Positions 16,924-27,087 of a stretch of 64,000 nucleotides of DNA are shown here, in pieces. A program made the translations under genes and the position numbers. Position 1 is the stretch's first letter. Each line of letters starts with the position of its first letter. The stretch is taken from assembly GCA_034669905.1 (NCBI GenBank), contig JAXMOL010000032.1, positions 25,097 through 89,096 of the forward strand. Reading direction: 5' to 3'. This DNA is from Candidatus Hydrogenedentota bacterium (GTDB lineage Bacteria; Hydrogenedentota; Hydrogenedentia; Hydrogenedentales; JAEUWI01). The notes beneath the pieces were generated by a model. The model was not told the DNA's origin. It saw nothing but the letters and a program-made list of their open reading frames with translations, and made no database searches.

Positions 16924-19900
16924 ATGGGTGACAATCTACGACTGGCAGGTATCGGCGCATTCTTTCTACTGGTGCTGGCAGGCATCGGCTTTCTCGTCAT
17001 GCAGGACGATGGCACCATCCCCGAAGTGGCGCCCGCAAGCACCACGCAGCAAACAAGCGCTCAGGATGGGGGCGATGCCCTGGCCCTCCGATCTGGTGGA
17101 AGAGCCTCGGGTGGCACACCGGCGCCGCAAAGAAATGATGACACACCGGACACTTCCCTGAATACGGAAGCGGTCGAAGAAGAGTCGGCAGAAGACAGCG
17201 CGGGTGATGAACCCCGCAAACGGGCCAGCCGCCCCCGGGGCCCCGGCGTGGTGAAAGGGAAAGTCACGTGGCATGGTGACGGGGCACCCGTCTCCGGTGC
17301 GTCCATCCTGTTGGACTATGTGAAGCGGGAAAACAGTTACGATCCCTATCCCGACGAACGGGCCCAATGGACAGCCCGTTCCAATGAAGACGGGGAATTC
17401 CGTATCACCAATCTTCCCGTGAATCATGTGGCAGGCCGTCGCGGCGGGCGTCTGGTGGTCATTGCGACGAAAGACGGGGCGAGTGCCATCGCGCACGCCG
17501 GCATGACTGACGACGAGACCGATGCCCTCGTCGAGCTGGAATTACGCCCTACATCGGGCATCGGTGGACAAGTCCTGGGCGGTGACGGATCCCCTGTCGC
17601 CGGTGCCGTGGTGCTCCCCCACGAAATCCAGGAAAAGGAATTGGAGCGCACCTCCTATGGCGCTCGAAGCTTATGGGCCCGAACGGGGGCAGACGGCCGT
17701 TTTCAGCTGGACCACATGCCCGAAGGCACGTGGACCCTGGCGGTGCAGGCAAAGTCTTACGCCAATGTAATCTCGGACGCCGTCAAGACGGGCGAAACCA
17801 ACGCACACATCGTGTTAAAGCGGGGCAGTACGGTGAGCGGAACGGTCGTGGAGGCCAACGGCGGTGAGCCCGCTCCCAACGTATTCGTCACGATCAACGA
17901 CCAGAAGAATTACCGCAATCAGCAGCGGGTCAAAACGGACGAGGAGGGGGCCTTTCACGCCGATGCCCTGGCCGACAGCGAGTACATCGTTCATTTGGAA
18001 GACGAGAACCGCATCCTCGTGGGCGAGCCCCCTACCTTCACCATTAGCGACGAAGAGCCGGTGGAGGGCATCAAACTCGCCATCATCGACGGGGGCATTG
18101 TGTCAGGCATGATCACCGACGCGGACACGGGTAACCCCATCGCAGGGGTTCGCATTCGCGCCCGGGGCAATAATCGTTCGACCAATCGCTCCCTGGAGGG
18201 CAGCAGCGACGCCACGGGATACTACCAGATCACCGGGATGCCCGGGGGCAGCTACACCTTGCAGCGGCGCTGGAAAGAAGGCTATCTCCACGGGGAATCC
18301 CGAGAAAACAAATCGGTGTCGGTCACCTTGGGCGAACACCTCGAGAACATTGATTTCTTGGTGCGGCGCGGCCTCTCGGTGACGGGCATCGTGGTCGATC
18401 AACAGGGTGAGCCGGTGCAAGGGGTCAATGTGGGTTGCCATCCGCTGGTTGACACGGGTGAAGGGGAAAACATATCCACCAAGGAAGACGGCACCTTTGC
18501 GGCCCGGGGCTTTTCGCCCAACGTCGAATTCAATATCCGGGTTAACGGTCGCGGCTACACCGCCCCTATGATGGGCCCCCTCAACACCGGAGAGACGGGA
18601 TTGGAAGACATCAAGATTGTCGTTGAACCGGGAGCCTCTATTGCGGGCGTGGTGGTCGATACGAGTGGGAAACCCCTCTCGGGCATGTCGGTGAGTGCCC
18701 AGAAAGTGGGCGGTGGAAACGGTGGCGGTGCCGAATCTTTGGGCCCGGAAGGCGAATTCCACATCAAGAGCCTGGAAGAAGGCACCTATCAATTGAGTGC
18801 CCGTAACCGCAATTCCTGGGGCCGATCGGATGGGCCCAAAGAGGAGATCACCGTCAGCCAGGGAGAGAAAGTGACGGGGGTGCGGGTGGTATTCGGGGGC
18901 ACCGATGGCGCAACGATTTCCGGAAAAGTCACCAACTCCAAGCGGGAACCGGTCAAGGATGCCAGTGTGCAGGCCTACAGCCAGCAAGGCGGCGGTGGCT
19001 CCTATGTGCAAACGGAGGAAGACGGCACCTTCGAGCTGAGCGTGGAGAAGGATCGCGTCTATCGCGTCGACGTCAATCACCGCGACTACAGCAGTGCCCA
19101 TCGTGAAGAGGTCTCGCCGGGCGAGCGCAATCTGAATATCGAGCTGGAAGGCCGTGGCACGGTGGAAGGCCAGGTGCTCGATGCCACCACAGGACGCCCC
19201 ATACCCAACTTCGAAATTGCCCACCATAAGGGGCATTCGAATGGTATTAATTATCAAAACGGTGGCTATGTCGGCTTCTATGACGAAGATGGCCGTTTCA
19301 GCATTTCCACGGTAGAAGCAGGAGAAGCCACGCTCTACGCACGGGCCAGTGGATACGCCCCCACCTTCCAGCAGATTCCCTACGTCGAGCCCGATGGCGT
19401 CACTGGAGGTATACAGTTCCGGCTCAGTCCCGGTGCCTCTATCGAAGGTGTCGTGTTGAATCTAGAGGGCGCCCCCATCTCGGGTGCGCGCATTTTCCTG
19501 GCGGCGCGGGTGGATGATTGGATGATTCGCCAGGGCAGTGGCTATGGTGCGGTGGCCACCTCCGATGCGAATGGCGCCTTTACCATCGATTCCGTCGGAG
19601 ATGACCTGCCCAAAATCACGGCCGTCCATCCGGATTACCCGAACACCACCATTGATGTCAGTCTTGACCTTGGCCAGGTCACCACCGTCGAAATTATTAT
19701 GACCGGTGGTGCCACCATCGAAGGCACCGTGTCGGCCAATGGTGTCCCCATGGCGAACCAACACGTCTATATCCAAAGCAATCAGGGCGGAGGCCATCAA
19801 TCGACACAAAGCGATGCCAACGGCTTTTACACGATCGAGAAAGTCCCGGCAGGTGAGATTACAGTACACGCGCGGATACAGCGTGACGGGGCAACGAAGA

Positions 19901-20556
19901 CCCAGTCCAAAACGGTCACGGTTCAGGGCGGATACACCACCACGGTCGACCTCGATGTGGAGTTTGGGACCGCAGCCGTGGAAGGTCGATTGACCGTCGG
20001 AGGCCAACCGGTGACCCAGGCCCATGTCGCGGCCATCCGCGTGGGTGGGGACAATACCAGCCCGGAACAGGTTCAGGGCCAGGTGTCACCAGACGGCACC
20101 TACCGCATCGATGGGCTCTCGTCAGGCACCCACCGCATCATGGCCAATGCTGCCGCCCCGGGGTCCGATCAGCGCCGGATGCGCATCATTGAGATCACGG
20201 TTCAAGACGGCCAAACGGTTCAGCTGGACATCGAGTTGGAAGACGGGGCACACATCCGGGGAATAATTTCAGGGGTTTCCGATTCCCGCCGGGTACAAGT
20301 GCTGGCCCTCTCCGGCGCTGTGACGATCACGGATCCGCAGACGGACATGACGTCGCCCGCCATGCAGTCGCTGATGGCGGGCTATTCTTCCGTTGCGGCC
20401 GACGGCAGCTACGATCTCAGCGGGCTGGATGCTGGCCAATATACGGTGGTCGCCCTCGAGTTCGGGCAGAATGGCTATGCCGATGCCGCGTTTGCCACGG
20501 GGACCCTTCAGCTTGGTAACACCGGCGATGGCGCGCTGAACCTCGCTATTCGCTAG
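16924..20556 (+). CDS. Large membrane-anchored carboxypeptidase-regulatory-like (beta-sandwich) repeat protein
   Basis: N-terminal TM; about a dozen GxVxDxxGxPVxGAxV...TDxxGxF repeats; ATG 16924 with GGGAG RBS. Confidence 0.85.
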   Translation: MGDNLRLAGIGAFFLLVLAGIGFLVMQDDGTIPEVAPASTTQQTSAQDGGDALALRSGGRASGGTPAPQRNDDTPDTSLNTEAVEEESAEDSAGDEPRKRASRPRGPGVVKGKVTWHGDGAPVSGASILLDYVKRENSYDPYPDERAQWTARSNEDGEFRITNLPVNHVAGRRGGRLVVIATKDGASAIAHAGMTDDETDALVELELRPTSGIGGQVLGGDGSPVAGAVVLPHEIQEKELERTSYGARSLWARTGADGRFQLDHMPEGTWTLAVQAKSYANVISDAVKTGETNAHIVLKRGSTVSGTVVEANGGEPAPNVFVTINDQKNYRNQQRVKTDEEGAFHADALADSEYIVHLEDENRILVGEPPTFTISDEEPVEGIKLAIIDGGIVSGMITDADTGNPIAGVRIRARGNNRSTNRSLEGSSDATGYYQITGMPGGSYTLQRRWKEGYLHGESRENKSVSVTLGEHLENIDFLVRRGLSVTGIVVDQQGEPVQGVNVGCHPLVDTGEGENISTKEDGTFAARGFSPNVEFNIRVNGRGYTAPMMGPLNTGETGLEDIKIVVEPGASIAGVVVDTSGKPLSGMSVSAQKVGGGNGGGAESLGPEGEFHIKSLEEGTYQLSARNRNSWGRSDGPKEEITVSQGEKVTGVRVVFGGTDGATISGKVTNSKREPVKDASVQAYSQQGGGGSYVQTEEDGTFELSVEKDRVYRVDVNHRDYSSAHREEVSPGERNLNIELEGRGTVEGQVLDATTGRPIPNFEIAHHKGHSNGINYQNGGYVGFYDEDGRFSISTVEAGEATLYARASGYAPTFQQIPYVEPDGVTGGIQFRLSPGASIEGVVLNLEGAPISGARIFLAARVDDWMIRQGSGYGAVATSDANGAFTIDSVGDDLPKITAVHPDYPNTTIDVSLDLGQVTTVEIIMTGGATIEGTVSANGVPMANQHVYIQSNQGGGHQSTQSDANGFYTIEKVPAGEITVHARIQRDGATKTQSKTVTVQGGYTTTVDLDVEFGTAAVEGRLTVGGQPVTQAHVAAIRVGGDNTSPEQVQGQVSPDGTYRIDGLSSGTHRIMANAAAPGSDQRRMRIIEITVQDGQTVQLDIELEDGAHIRGIISGVSDSRRVQVLALSGAVTITDPQTDMTSPAMQSLMAGYSSVAADGSYDLSGLDAGQYTVVALEFGQNGYADAAFATGTLQLGNTGDGALNLAIR

Positions 20557-20568
20557 TCCTCAATAAAG

Positions 20569-20617
20569 AACCCGCCTGTCTCGCAACGCCATTTGCGGGA
20601 CAGGCGGGTTTAGTTTT
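20569..20617. terminator. Intrinsic terminator between convergent genes
   Basis: AACCCGCCTGTCTCGCAA/TTGCGGGACAGGCGGGTT stem followed by TAGTTTT. Confidence 0.75.
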
Positions 20618-20636
20618 GTGCCACTGATTCCGGCCT

Positions 20637-21242
20637 TCAGTCGGAGTCTTTCTCCGGCTCCGGCGCGTCAAACCCATAGAGCATGAGCAAATCCAGGTGC
20701 CGTTTCAGCGTGCTCTGAATCGACTCATCCGTGCGGTGGCCCACCCGTTGCGCCCGGGGCGTGCCGGCCCACACTTCATTCTCTCCGACATTCTTGGTGA
20801 CGATGCTGCGGGGCAGTATGACCGCACCCCGGCCAATCTTCACCCCCGGCATAATATAGCTGTGATTTCCGATAAAACAGTTTTCACCAATAATTATGGG
20901 ATCACTCTGGTGGGGCGTCAGGCGCCAATGGACATCGGTACCCCGGAAACTGTGGTTCATATCACGAATCACGCTGTAGGCTTCAATACACGTATTGTTG
21001 CCAATCTCAACGTAGTCGTTCCCGGCGATAAGCACGTGGTCTTGCAACACGACGTCGTCGCCCACCATAATCTTTCCGCGCTTGTGGGTGCGCATGAGGA
21101 CATTGTTATACACCGTGCAGCGGGCACCCAATTCGACGTGCCCCTTTATCTCCAGGTGCTCTGCCTGGAAGGTGCAGCCCTCCCCCACGCGCTTGAATAG
21201 ACGCTTATGCCGACGCTGTCGCCACGTTTCGAAAATACTCAT
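20637..21242 (-). CDS. Left-handed beta-helix (hexapeptide repeat) acyltransferase
   Basis: IRDMNH, PIIIGENCFIG, IMPGVKIGRGAVI, VTKNV..VWAG motifs. Confidence 0.88.
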   Translation of the reverse strand: MSIFETWRQRRHKRLFKRVGEGCTFQAEHLEIKGHVELGARCTVYNNVLMRTHKRGKIMVGDDVVLQDHVLIAGNDYVEIGNNTCIEAYSVIRDMNHSFRGTDVHWRLTPHQSDPIIIGENCFIGNHSYIMPGVKIGRGAVILPRSIVTKNVGENEVWAGTPRAQRVGHRTDESIQSTLKRHLDLLMLYGFDAPEPEKDSD

Positions 21243-21492
21243 GGTAGTCATCCTTTGGCGGTATTTTACGGATGCGGTCGCTGCGGCTCAATATTCTACC
21301 GCCGGATGTCGAAAAGAAGGGTACGAACATCACACCGCGACGTGCCCGCCCCAACCTTGCCATTGGCTTCCGAGCGTCCCATTTCCTGCCGGGACCGATG
21401 GATACCAAAGTGGGACAGCTTCCCGCATAACGTATTGATTTCAGACAACTTAACCGATTAAATCCCGAAAAGTACGGAAAAAATCCGGCGGT

Positions 21493-21583
21493 GTACATTT
21501 TTGTACTTGCAGATGTTCCCCATACATGATAGTATTTGTTCCAACATATAGTGTAGACACTGCGTCACCACGCCTATATGTTG
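21493..21583 (+). promoter_or_regulatory. Composite promoter: GTACA-N4-TGTAC palindrome, sigma70 promoter, tandem NrdR-like boxes
   Basis: GTACATTTTTGTAC 21493-21506; TTGCAG (21507)-N17-TAGTAT (21530) with extended TGn; CAACATATAG (21542) and CTATATGTTG (21574). Confidence 0.6.
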
Positions 21584-21626
21584 TGTCAAGTCAACAACGC
21601 GATCAATTGGGAAGCAGCCTACGACC

Positions 21627-23303
21627 ATGGGTGCCCGTGTCCTTCTATATGTTGTGCCAGGTTTGCCGCTACACGTGGAAGATCTGATGCCCCAAGCGCT
21701 TCCGGCCCGTTGCGCCGGCGTGCTCCGCGCACACGGTCACCGCGTCTTGATCGTCGACGACGGGACGGTAGACGCTATCGATAACGTCACCGATAGCACG
21801 CTCCAAACGCAACTCACCGAGCGCCTGGAAACGGCCAGCCCTGAAAAGCGCGCCTGGACCGCCCTTATCCCCACCGCCCGCACCGCCTATTACCGCGCGC
21901 TCGACACCTGCCGGACGTTGCGAATCGAACGGGCATTGGCGGACAACACGGTCGGGCCCATTCCTCCCCAACTGGCCGTCATTTTTGCCCATCGGCGAAA
22001 AGACCTGCGGGAGGGGCTGAAGCTTGCCACGGCACTGAAACACCGCTGGCCCGATTGCTGTGTGGCCCTGGCGGGTGAAATGGCCCGTAGTTTCGGACGG
22101 CAGATTCTGACGCGCTGCGCGGCGGTCGACGCCATCTGTGGCACCGCGCCGGAAGCGGCTATTGCGGGACTCGCAGTACACTGGAACAACCAGGGCAACT
22201 GGCATCAGATACCCGGGCTGCTCAGTCGTGCCGGAGAGCACGAATTGCAGGAAACCCCGTCGGCGACGACCATGCCCGCCCATGCCCCACCGATCTATCA
22301 CCCGGAAGTCTATCCGGCTATATTGGACGGTGGAAAGTTCCGCCTGTTCACCCTGCGCCAGAGCGCGGGATATACACACATGGGGCATTATCGCGGGGGA
22401 CAACGCAACGCCATCCAGTCGCGCACGGTTCGACAACTCCGAGCGGAGATGCTGGCCCTGTATGAGCTCTTTGGCACGCGTACCTTCCACGTGGAGGGGG
22501 AGCACACCCCGGAGCAAGCGATCATCGAACTGGCCAACGCCTGCCAGGGGCTTCCCTTTCCCGTCGACTACAGCCGAGACACCCACGTTTTTGAAATCCG
22601 GCCCAAGACCGTAGCCCACCTGTCGGCTTCCGGCTGCCGGGCGCTTCGTTTTTCCCTGTTAACCGGCAGTCAGATGACCTTGACGGATTACTTTGGTGAG
22701 AACTGGACCATCAGCCACGTGGACCGCTGCCTGCGCCTCTGTCGCGATGCGGGCCTCTATGTGCACGGCGATCTCATTCACCCGGTTCCCGTTGATGACT
22801 ACCACACGCGCGCCGAAACCATACGGCTGCTTCACCGGTGCCGTCCCGACGGGTTGCGTATCCATCTGCCCCGGTTGATTCCCGGGAGTGCCTGGCACCA
22901 GCATGCGGCGGAATTCGAGTTTCTGGTGGACGCCAAACGGGTGGGATTGTGGACCGACGCACCCGACCTGGAATTGACCCGGGCCCAGGAAGCATCCTTA
23001 TATCCCCACCGATTTGGTGGCGGCCAACGCAGCTCGGTCTTGCAGCGCCTCGCGTCCTTCGAAGCCGATCTGGAGCATTTCCCCGTACCCGTGGAAAGTG
23101 GATGCCAATCCGGCTTACTGGCCCGGGTATCAGGACACGTCGGCACCGAACAGCCCTATATCCAGGGGTTGGAACGGGCCGCGAAGACCTTGGATATTTC
23201 GGCGATGCGGGAGTACGTTGACACGTTCAACATCCACGCGACGGCGACCATAAACACCCTCGATTTTCATCGAACCGCGGCCAAAAAAGTAGTGGGGAAC
23301 TAA
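21627..23303 (+). CDS. B12-binding/radical-SAM-like protein lacking the CxxxCxxC motif (probable pseudoenzyme)
   Basis: Class-B architecture (LRAHGHRV, VALAG, VDAICG..PE, IPGL, SGC..L.F...TGSQ, PGS); the cluster motif position reads SAGYTHMGHYR. Confidence 0.7.
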   Translation: MGARVLLYVVPGLPLHVEDLMPQALPARCAGVLRAHGHRVLIVDDGTVDAIDNVTDSTLQTQLTERLETASPEKRAWTALIPTARTAYYRALDTCRTLRIERALADNTVGPIPPQLAVIFAHRRKDLREGLKLATALKHRWPDCCVALAGEMARSFGRQILTRCAAVDAICGTAPEAAIAGLAVHWNNQGNWHQIPGLLSRAGEHELQETPSATTMPAHAPPIYHPEVYPAILDGGKFRLFTLRQSAGYTHMGHYRGGQRNAIQSRTVRQLRAEMLALYELFGTRTFHVEGEHTPEQAIIELANACQGLPFPVDYSRDTHVFEIRPKTVAHLSASGCRALRFSLLTGSQMTLTDYFGENWTISHVDRCLRLCRDAGLYVHGDLIHPVPVDDYHTRAETIRLLHRCRPDGLRIHLPRLIPGSAWHQHAAEFEFLVDAKRVGLWTDAPDLELTRAQEASLYPHRFGGGQRSSVLQRLASFEADLEHFPVPVESGCQSGLLARVSGHVGTEQPYIQGLERAAKTLDISAMREYVDTFNIHATATINTLDFHRTAAKKVVGN

Positions 23304-23311
23304 CGCAGACT

Positions 23312-24556
23312 ATGAAGTCACATGCTGTCGTAGTTACGGGAATTGGCGTACTTTCCTGCAATGGATTGGGGCGGGAGGCCTATTGGGATGCGATCTCCAA
23401 TGGTGTTTCCGGAATTCGACCGGTCACGCGCTTTGACGCTGGCGATCTCCCCTGCCAGATTGCAGGCGAATTGCTGGATTTCAATCCCGAAGACTTTATG
23501 AAGAAAAGCGTGGTCCGCAATTGGAACCGCCATGTGCATCAGGCGCTCGCCTGCTCACGCCTTGCGGTAGAAGATGCCGACCTGAAATCCGCCAAGTATG
23601 ATCCCGAACGTATCGCCGTGGGCATTGGCACCAGCATTGGATCGCCCGATGAGGCCTACGAAGGCAGCCAGCTGGCCATGGAAACCTCGGGCTACAAAAA
23701 AATCAACAAGCTGGCCTCTTCGGCCTTCTCCGGCCACTCCGCGACGGTCCATGTTTCTGTCGACATCGGAATACGGGGCCCGGCTATCACGATATCCAGT
23801 GGCTGCGCCACGGGACTGGATGCCCTGATGTGGGGCTTCAATCAGATTCGCATGGGGCAGGTCGAAGCCGCGGTCGTCGGGGCCACCGAGTCCCCCATTT
23901 TCCCCCTCTCCATGGCGTCTGCCTGCTCGTTGGGCATCTTGTCCAAGCGCAATAACGAACCCCAATCGGCCATGCGCCCCTTTGATCGTCATCGGGACGG
24001 AATTGTGCTCAGTGAAGGGGCCTGCACGGTGGTGCTGGAGCGGGAAGACACGGCCCGGGCACGGGGCGCCCAGATTCTCGGCGTCGTCGCGGGTTGTGGC
24101 TCGGCCGCCGAAGGAACGAATCCCCTGATTCTGGACCGGGAAGGAAAATCCCTGGCGGATGCCATTGAGCGCACCCTCCGCAGTTCGGGCGTTACGACCC
24201 GCGAAATCGATTGCATACAGGCCCATGGGGTCTCTCTCGACATGTACGACCGGTGCGAGACCAATGCCTACAAACGGGTCTTTGGCGATGATGCCTACCG
24301 CATTCCCGTGAGTGCCGTAAAGTCAATGATCGGCCAATCCTATTCGGCTGGAGGACTGCTGGGATTCGCGGCCGCCCTCCTGTCGCTGAACCGGGACATT
24401 ATCTCCCCCACCTTGAATCTGGATGACCCCGATCCCCTGTGTGATCTCGACTTCGTGCCCAAACTGGCCCGACTCAACGACGTGGGCGCCGCCCTGGTGG
24501 TAGCTATCAGCTTTGGCGGTACGCACAGCGCAACCATTGTCCGGAGAGCCGCCTGA
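23312..24556 (+). CDS. FabF-like beta-ketoacyl synthase with non-canonical triad (Cys-His-Gln)
   Basis: VVVTGIG, SSGCATG (Cys), RPFD..RDG...EGA, QAHG, KSMIGQS, SFGGT. Confidence 0.88.
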   Translation: MKSHAVVVTGIGVLSCNGLGREAYWDAISNGVSGIRPVTRFDAGDLPCQIAGELLDFNPEDFMKKSVVRNWNRHVHQALACSRLAVEDADLKSAKYDPERIAVGIGTSIGSPDEAYEGSQLAMETSGYKKINKLASSAFSGHSATVHVSVDIGIRGPAITISSGCATGLDALMWGFNQIRMGQVEAAVVGATESPIFPLSMASACSLGILSKRNNEPQSAMRPFDRHRDGIVLSEGACTVVLEREDTARARGAQILGVVAGCGSAAEGTNPLILDREGKSLADAIERTLRSSGVTTREIDCIQAHGVSLDMYDRCETNAYKRVFGDDAYRIPVSAVKSMIGQSYSAGGLLGFAAALLSLNRDIISPTLNLDDPDPLCDLDFVPKLARLNDVGAALVVAISFGGTHSATIVRRAA

Positions 24557-24558
24557 CT

Positions 24559-27087
24559 GTGTGGGATTATAATTACATAGGCACCTCGGTCTTGCTGGTA
24601 ATGGCCGTCATTTCCAGCTGCCTGCTGGGCGGTGTCGTGTTTTTTCGGAATCCCGAGCGCACCACGCACAAGGCCTTTGCCGTCCTCACCCTGAATCTTG
24701 CGCTCTGGGCCCTGGGCGTGTTGCTGATCATACATTCGCACACCTACGACACGGCCCGGCTCTGGATCATGGTCACCTTCGGCGTGGCCACCTTTCTCCC
24801 CGCAACCTTCTACCATTTCATTGGCCATTTCCCCGACCAGACCTTCCGCGGTATGCGGTGGTATCTCTACCTCCTCTTCGCTTCCGCCCTCGTCTTGACC
24901 GGACTGGTCAACACGGAATGGTATATTCTCGATCTTCAGGTGAGTCCTTTCTCCCCGCCCAGCGTGGTCTATGGCCCCGTATTCAAGGCCTACACCCTGA
25001 TGATCGTGGCCACGCTGATCCTCATGTCCGCCAACCTCATCCGCAAACTGCGCCGTGCCGAAGGCATCGAACGCCGCCAGTTGGAGCATGTGCTGGGCTC
25101 CATCCTCGGTGGCCTCGGCTTTGCCATCGCCACCAACGTCATCGCCCCCTTCTTTGGTGTGGGCGATATGGAACTCTACGGACCCTGCTTTCTGGTTCTG
25201 ATGATGGCCGGTCTGGCCTACTCCATGATCCGGTATCACCTGCTTGATATCTGGTTCATCGTCTCCCGCACCACGACATACGCCATCGTCACGGCCGCTG
25301 TGTTCATCTTGTTCTCCTCGGTTGTTACCCTCGTAAATATCGTCCACCGGGTATTCCGCACGGCCGATACCCCCGCCTACGAGTACCTGGCCATCGCCCT
25401 GACCTCCCTGGTCGTCGCGATCATCATCCAGCCCCTCCGGGAACACGCCCAACTGCTTATCGATCGGGCCATTCGCCACCGCCGCTACGATACCGAGGCC
25501 CTTACGCAACGGGTCAGCCGCCTGGCCAGTCAATTTGTTCAGCTCGATGACATCATGGAGCGGGTCTTCCTCGACTTTCGCCAGACGATGGGGGTCACTG
25601 GACTGCGGGTCCTCCTCGCCAGCCCCCAGGGCGATGGCAATCTGGTAGCCGCCTTCAGCACGCCCTTGGACAGTGGCACCCGTGCACGCAACTCGAATTT
25701 CGTGCTGGAATATATTCGAAAGAATCCCGAGCCGCTCATCCTGGATGAACTGGCGCACCAGGGCAGGACTCCCAATCGCCAACGGCTCATCCACCATATG
25801 GAAAGCCTGGGCGCACAGGTGCTTATTCCGCTGGTCACCAATTCCGGCGTCTTGGGGATGATCATCCTGCGCAAGAAAGAAAACGGCGACATTTACACCC
25901 AGGACGATCAGCGGGTCTTTGCCACGGTCGCTGCGCCGCTCGCCGCCGCTATCGAGAATGCACGGCTTTATGGACGCCTGGAAGAACTGAACGTACACCT
26001 CGAACTCATCTTGCGTAATATGCGGGGCACGGTCATCGCCGTAGATACCAAGGGGGTCATTACCACCATCAACCAGGAAGGCCGGTCCCTCTTTCCAGAT
26101 ATCGCGCCCGGTATGGCCCTGGGCGTCCTGGATGCCAAGGTGGCCCATCTTCTCCAGATGACACTGGACAACCGCCGTGGTATTCTGGATGTGGAAACGA
26201 CGATTTGTGGGGGCAAGACGGATGAGATTCCGGTGGCCATGTCCACCTCCTGTTTGGAGACACCGGAACAGAGCACCACGCTGGGAGCCATGGTACTCAT
26301 TCATGACATGACCCAGATCAAACGTCTGGAAAGCAATGTGCAGCGGGCGGATCGGTTGACGTCTATCGGTACGATGGCCGCTGGCATGGCCCATGAGATT
26401 AAGAACCCGCTCCAGTCGATCAAGACCTTTACGCAGCTGCTCTTAGACCGCTACGACGATGCGGATTTTCGAATGACGTTTGCCGAAGTGGTACCGCCGG
26501 AAGTGGATCGTATTGACAACATTGTCACGCGGCTCCTCCACTTCGCCCGGCCCCAGCCCGTGTCATTCAACCTGCACGACGTCCGACAGATAATCCGCGA
26601 GGTCTTTGCGCTCGTGGAGAATCAGATGCACAAAGAAGGCATCGAGCTTCGCCTCCATCTCCCGGAAAAGCCGATAGGCGTCATGGCCGATGACCAGCAA
26701 TTACACCAGGTGTTCCTGAATCTGGTGCTCAATGCCATAGAAGCCATGCGGGAGACCTCGTCCAACTTCATCGAGGTCCGCATCCAGACCGGCCTGACCC
26801 ACCTCCAACAACCGGGCACCCAGGTACGCCACGACGTGCCCTGTGTCAAGGTGGTCATCTCGGATTCGGGCTGTGGCATTTCCCGCGAAAACCTGAAACA
26901 ACTCTTCACGCCCTTCTTCACGACGAAAGCCGATGGCAGTGGCCTCGGGCTCTCGGTCGTGCATCGTATCATCACAGAACATCGCGGCATTATAGACGTC
27001 GACAGCAATCCCGGAGTCGGGTCATCCTTTACGGTGACGTTCCCGCTGGCCGGCAACACGGAATCCAAGGAAAGGGTCGGCACATGA
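24559..27087 (+). CDS. Membrane sensor histidine kinase (7TM-type input, GAF, PAS, HisKA, HATPase; PrsK-like layout)
   Basis: Many N-terminal TMs ending in YSMIRYHLLDI; GAF (LIPLV...AAAIENARLY); AHEIKNPL; DSGCGI and GSGLGL. Confidence 0.9.
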   Translation: MWDYNYIGTSVLLVMAVISSCLLGGVVFFRNPERTTHKAFAVLTLNLALWALGVLLIIHSHTYDTARLWIMVTFGVATFLPATFYHFIGHFPDQTFRGMRWYLYLLFASALVLTGLVNTEWYILDLQVSPFSPPSVVYGPVFKAYTLMIVATLILMSANLIRKLRRAEGIERRQLEHVLGSILGGLGFAIATNVIAPFFGVGDMELYGPCFLVLMMAGLAYSMIRYHLLDIWFIVSRTTTYAIVTAAVFILFSSVVTLVNIVHRVFRTADTPAYEYLAIALTSLVVAIIIQPLREHAQLLIDRAIRHRRYDTEALTQRVSRLASQFVQLDDIMERVFLDFRQTMGVTGLRVLLASPQGDGNLVAAFSTPLDSGTRARNSNFVLEYIRKNPEPLILDELAHQGRTPNRQRLIHHMESLGAQVLIPLVTNSGVLGMIILRKKENGDIYTQDDQRVFATVAAPLAAAIENARLYGRLEELNVHLELILRNMRGTVIAVDTKGVITTINQEGRSLFPDIAPGMALGVLDAKVAHLLQMTLDNRRGILDVETTICGGKTDEIPVAMSTSCLETPEQSTTLGAMVLIHDMTQIKRLESNVQRADRLTSIGTMAAGMAHEIKNPLQSIKTFTQLLLDRYDDADFRMTFAEVVPPEVDRIDNIVTRLLHFARPQPVSFNLHDVRQIIREVFALVENQMHKEGIELRLHLPEKPIGVMADDQQLHQVFLNLVLNAIEAMRETSSNFIEVRIQTGLTHLQQPGTQVRHDVPCVKVVISDSGCGISRENLKQLFTPFFTTKADGSGLGLSVVHRIITEHRGIIDVDSNPGVGSSFTVTFPLAGNTESKERVGT

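Noticed and set aside
24340..26394. 684-aa antisense ORF
   Set aside because: Shadow of the GC-rich kinase gene; no motifs.
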